From contig JBMSQQ010000047.1 of the NCBI GenBank assembly GCA_049423385.1, positions 1 to 26,812 on the forward strand: a stretch of 26,812 nt of DNA, given 5' to 3'. This DNA comes from Silvanigrellaceae bacterium (GTDB lineage: Bacteria > Bdellovibrionota_B > Oligoflexia > Silvanigrellales > Silvanigrellaceae). The number at the start of each line of letters is the position of its first letter. Position 1 is the first letter of the stretch. Below, in pieces: positions 26,463-26,812 of this stretch. The translations under genes were made by a program, and so were the position numbers. The notes below the pieces were generated by a model. The model was not told the DNA's origin and ran no database searches. It saw nothing but the letters and a program-made list of their open reading frames with translations.

Positions 26463-26529
26463 ACAACCGACCAAGCCCTTTCGCGTCAATTAAAAAACAC
26501 AATATTATCATAATATTAGCCAAAAATAA

Positions 26530-26556
26530 TCAAATTTCGACCAATTTAACCGATAG
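26530..26556 (+). promoter_or_regulatory. Putative sigma28/FliA-type promoter of the prepilin-like gene
   Basis: TCAA-N15-ACCGATAG has canonical spacing and lies in an AT-rich intergenic region. Confidence 0.5.
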
Positions 26557-26603
26557 CCACAACTGGAGGGAATTATTCCTTCTTCAGGTGCGAGGGTGCG
26601 GCG

Positions 26604-26812
26604 TTGTTGTTCGAACGAAAAAAGCAGGGCGGATTTTCGCTGCTGGAACTGATGGTGGGGCTGACGGTTCTGCTCACCGTGGTTGGATTTTCGTTCAAGA
26701 ATCTTGTGGGCCTGCGCAAAAGCATGAACCGCATCACAACCACGGGACCACATCTTTATTTTGAGAGCTTTGCCGTTTCGCGCCTCAAACTCTATTTCGC
26801 CAAGATGATGCA
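26604..26812 (+). CDS. Type IV prepilin / pseudopilin-like protein, N-terminal part; runs off the right edge
   Basis: Absent from the ORF track. TTG 26604, after GAGGG, gives MLFERKKQGG|FSLLELMVGLTVLLTVVGFSFKNLVGLRKSMNR..., i.e. a basic leader, G|F cleavage site, Glu+5 and a hydrophobic helix. The frame is open to the window end. Confidence 0.88.
   Translation, partial: MLFERKKQGGFSLLELMVGLTVLLTVVGFSFKNLVGLRKSMNRITTTGPHLYFESFAVSRLKLYFAKMM

Noticed and set aside
26463..26603. Possible c-di-GMP riboswitch ahead of the prepilin gene
   Set aside because: No GEMM-type conserved motifs or two-hairpin architecture seen.
26408..26764. 118-aa plus-strand ORF and 81-aa minus-strand ORF near the right end
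   Set aside because: A different plus frame starting at 26604 has an RBS and a prepilin motif; these ORFs have no motifs.
1..26812. CRISPR arrays, tRNA/rRNA, IS elements, prophage or defence genes
   Set aside because: Intergenic gaps are all under about 250 nt, with no spaced repeats or cloverleafs, and no transposase, integrase, nuclease or RT motifs were recognised.

Overview
Gene-dense bacterial chromosomal segment with about 26 CDS, two of them truncated at the edges. I found no rRNA, tRNA, CRISPR array or mobile element. From left to right it holds: a truncated ahpC with an OxyR-like box; a papain-like C1 peptidase; a vWA lipoprotein; a minus-strand run (aspartoacylase, secreted alpha/beta hydrolase, small lipoprotein, glycerophosphodiesterase, PldB-like lysophospholipase, S8 protease with CUB-like tail, lipoprotein with a duplicated unknown domain); a plus-strand run (FMN reductase, nitroreductase, DUF1504 putative Na+/H+ antiporter, exported protein with two tandem CpcT/CpeT bilin-lyase domains); a VirK-like protein; an M48 peptidase and unknown lipoprotein behind a sigma54-like promoter; a trypsin-like lipoprotein with a very large insertion; a dipeptide epimerase with a NitT/TauT-type ABC ATPase and permease; an MFS transporter overlapping copA; a lipoprotein protein-arginine deiminase (PAD) with vertebrate/cyanobacterial-type motifs; and the 5' end of a type IV prepilin-like gene. 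Twelve proteins have signal peptides, 8 of them lipoboxes. Together with FliA-like promoters, this suggests a Bdellovibrionota/Oligoflexia-like organism (inference only). The most interesting items are the exported double-CpcT protein, the lipoprotein PAD, the insertion-bearing proteases, and several families usually associated with cyanobacteria in a window with no photosynthesis genes.
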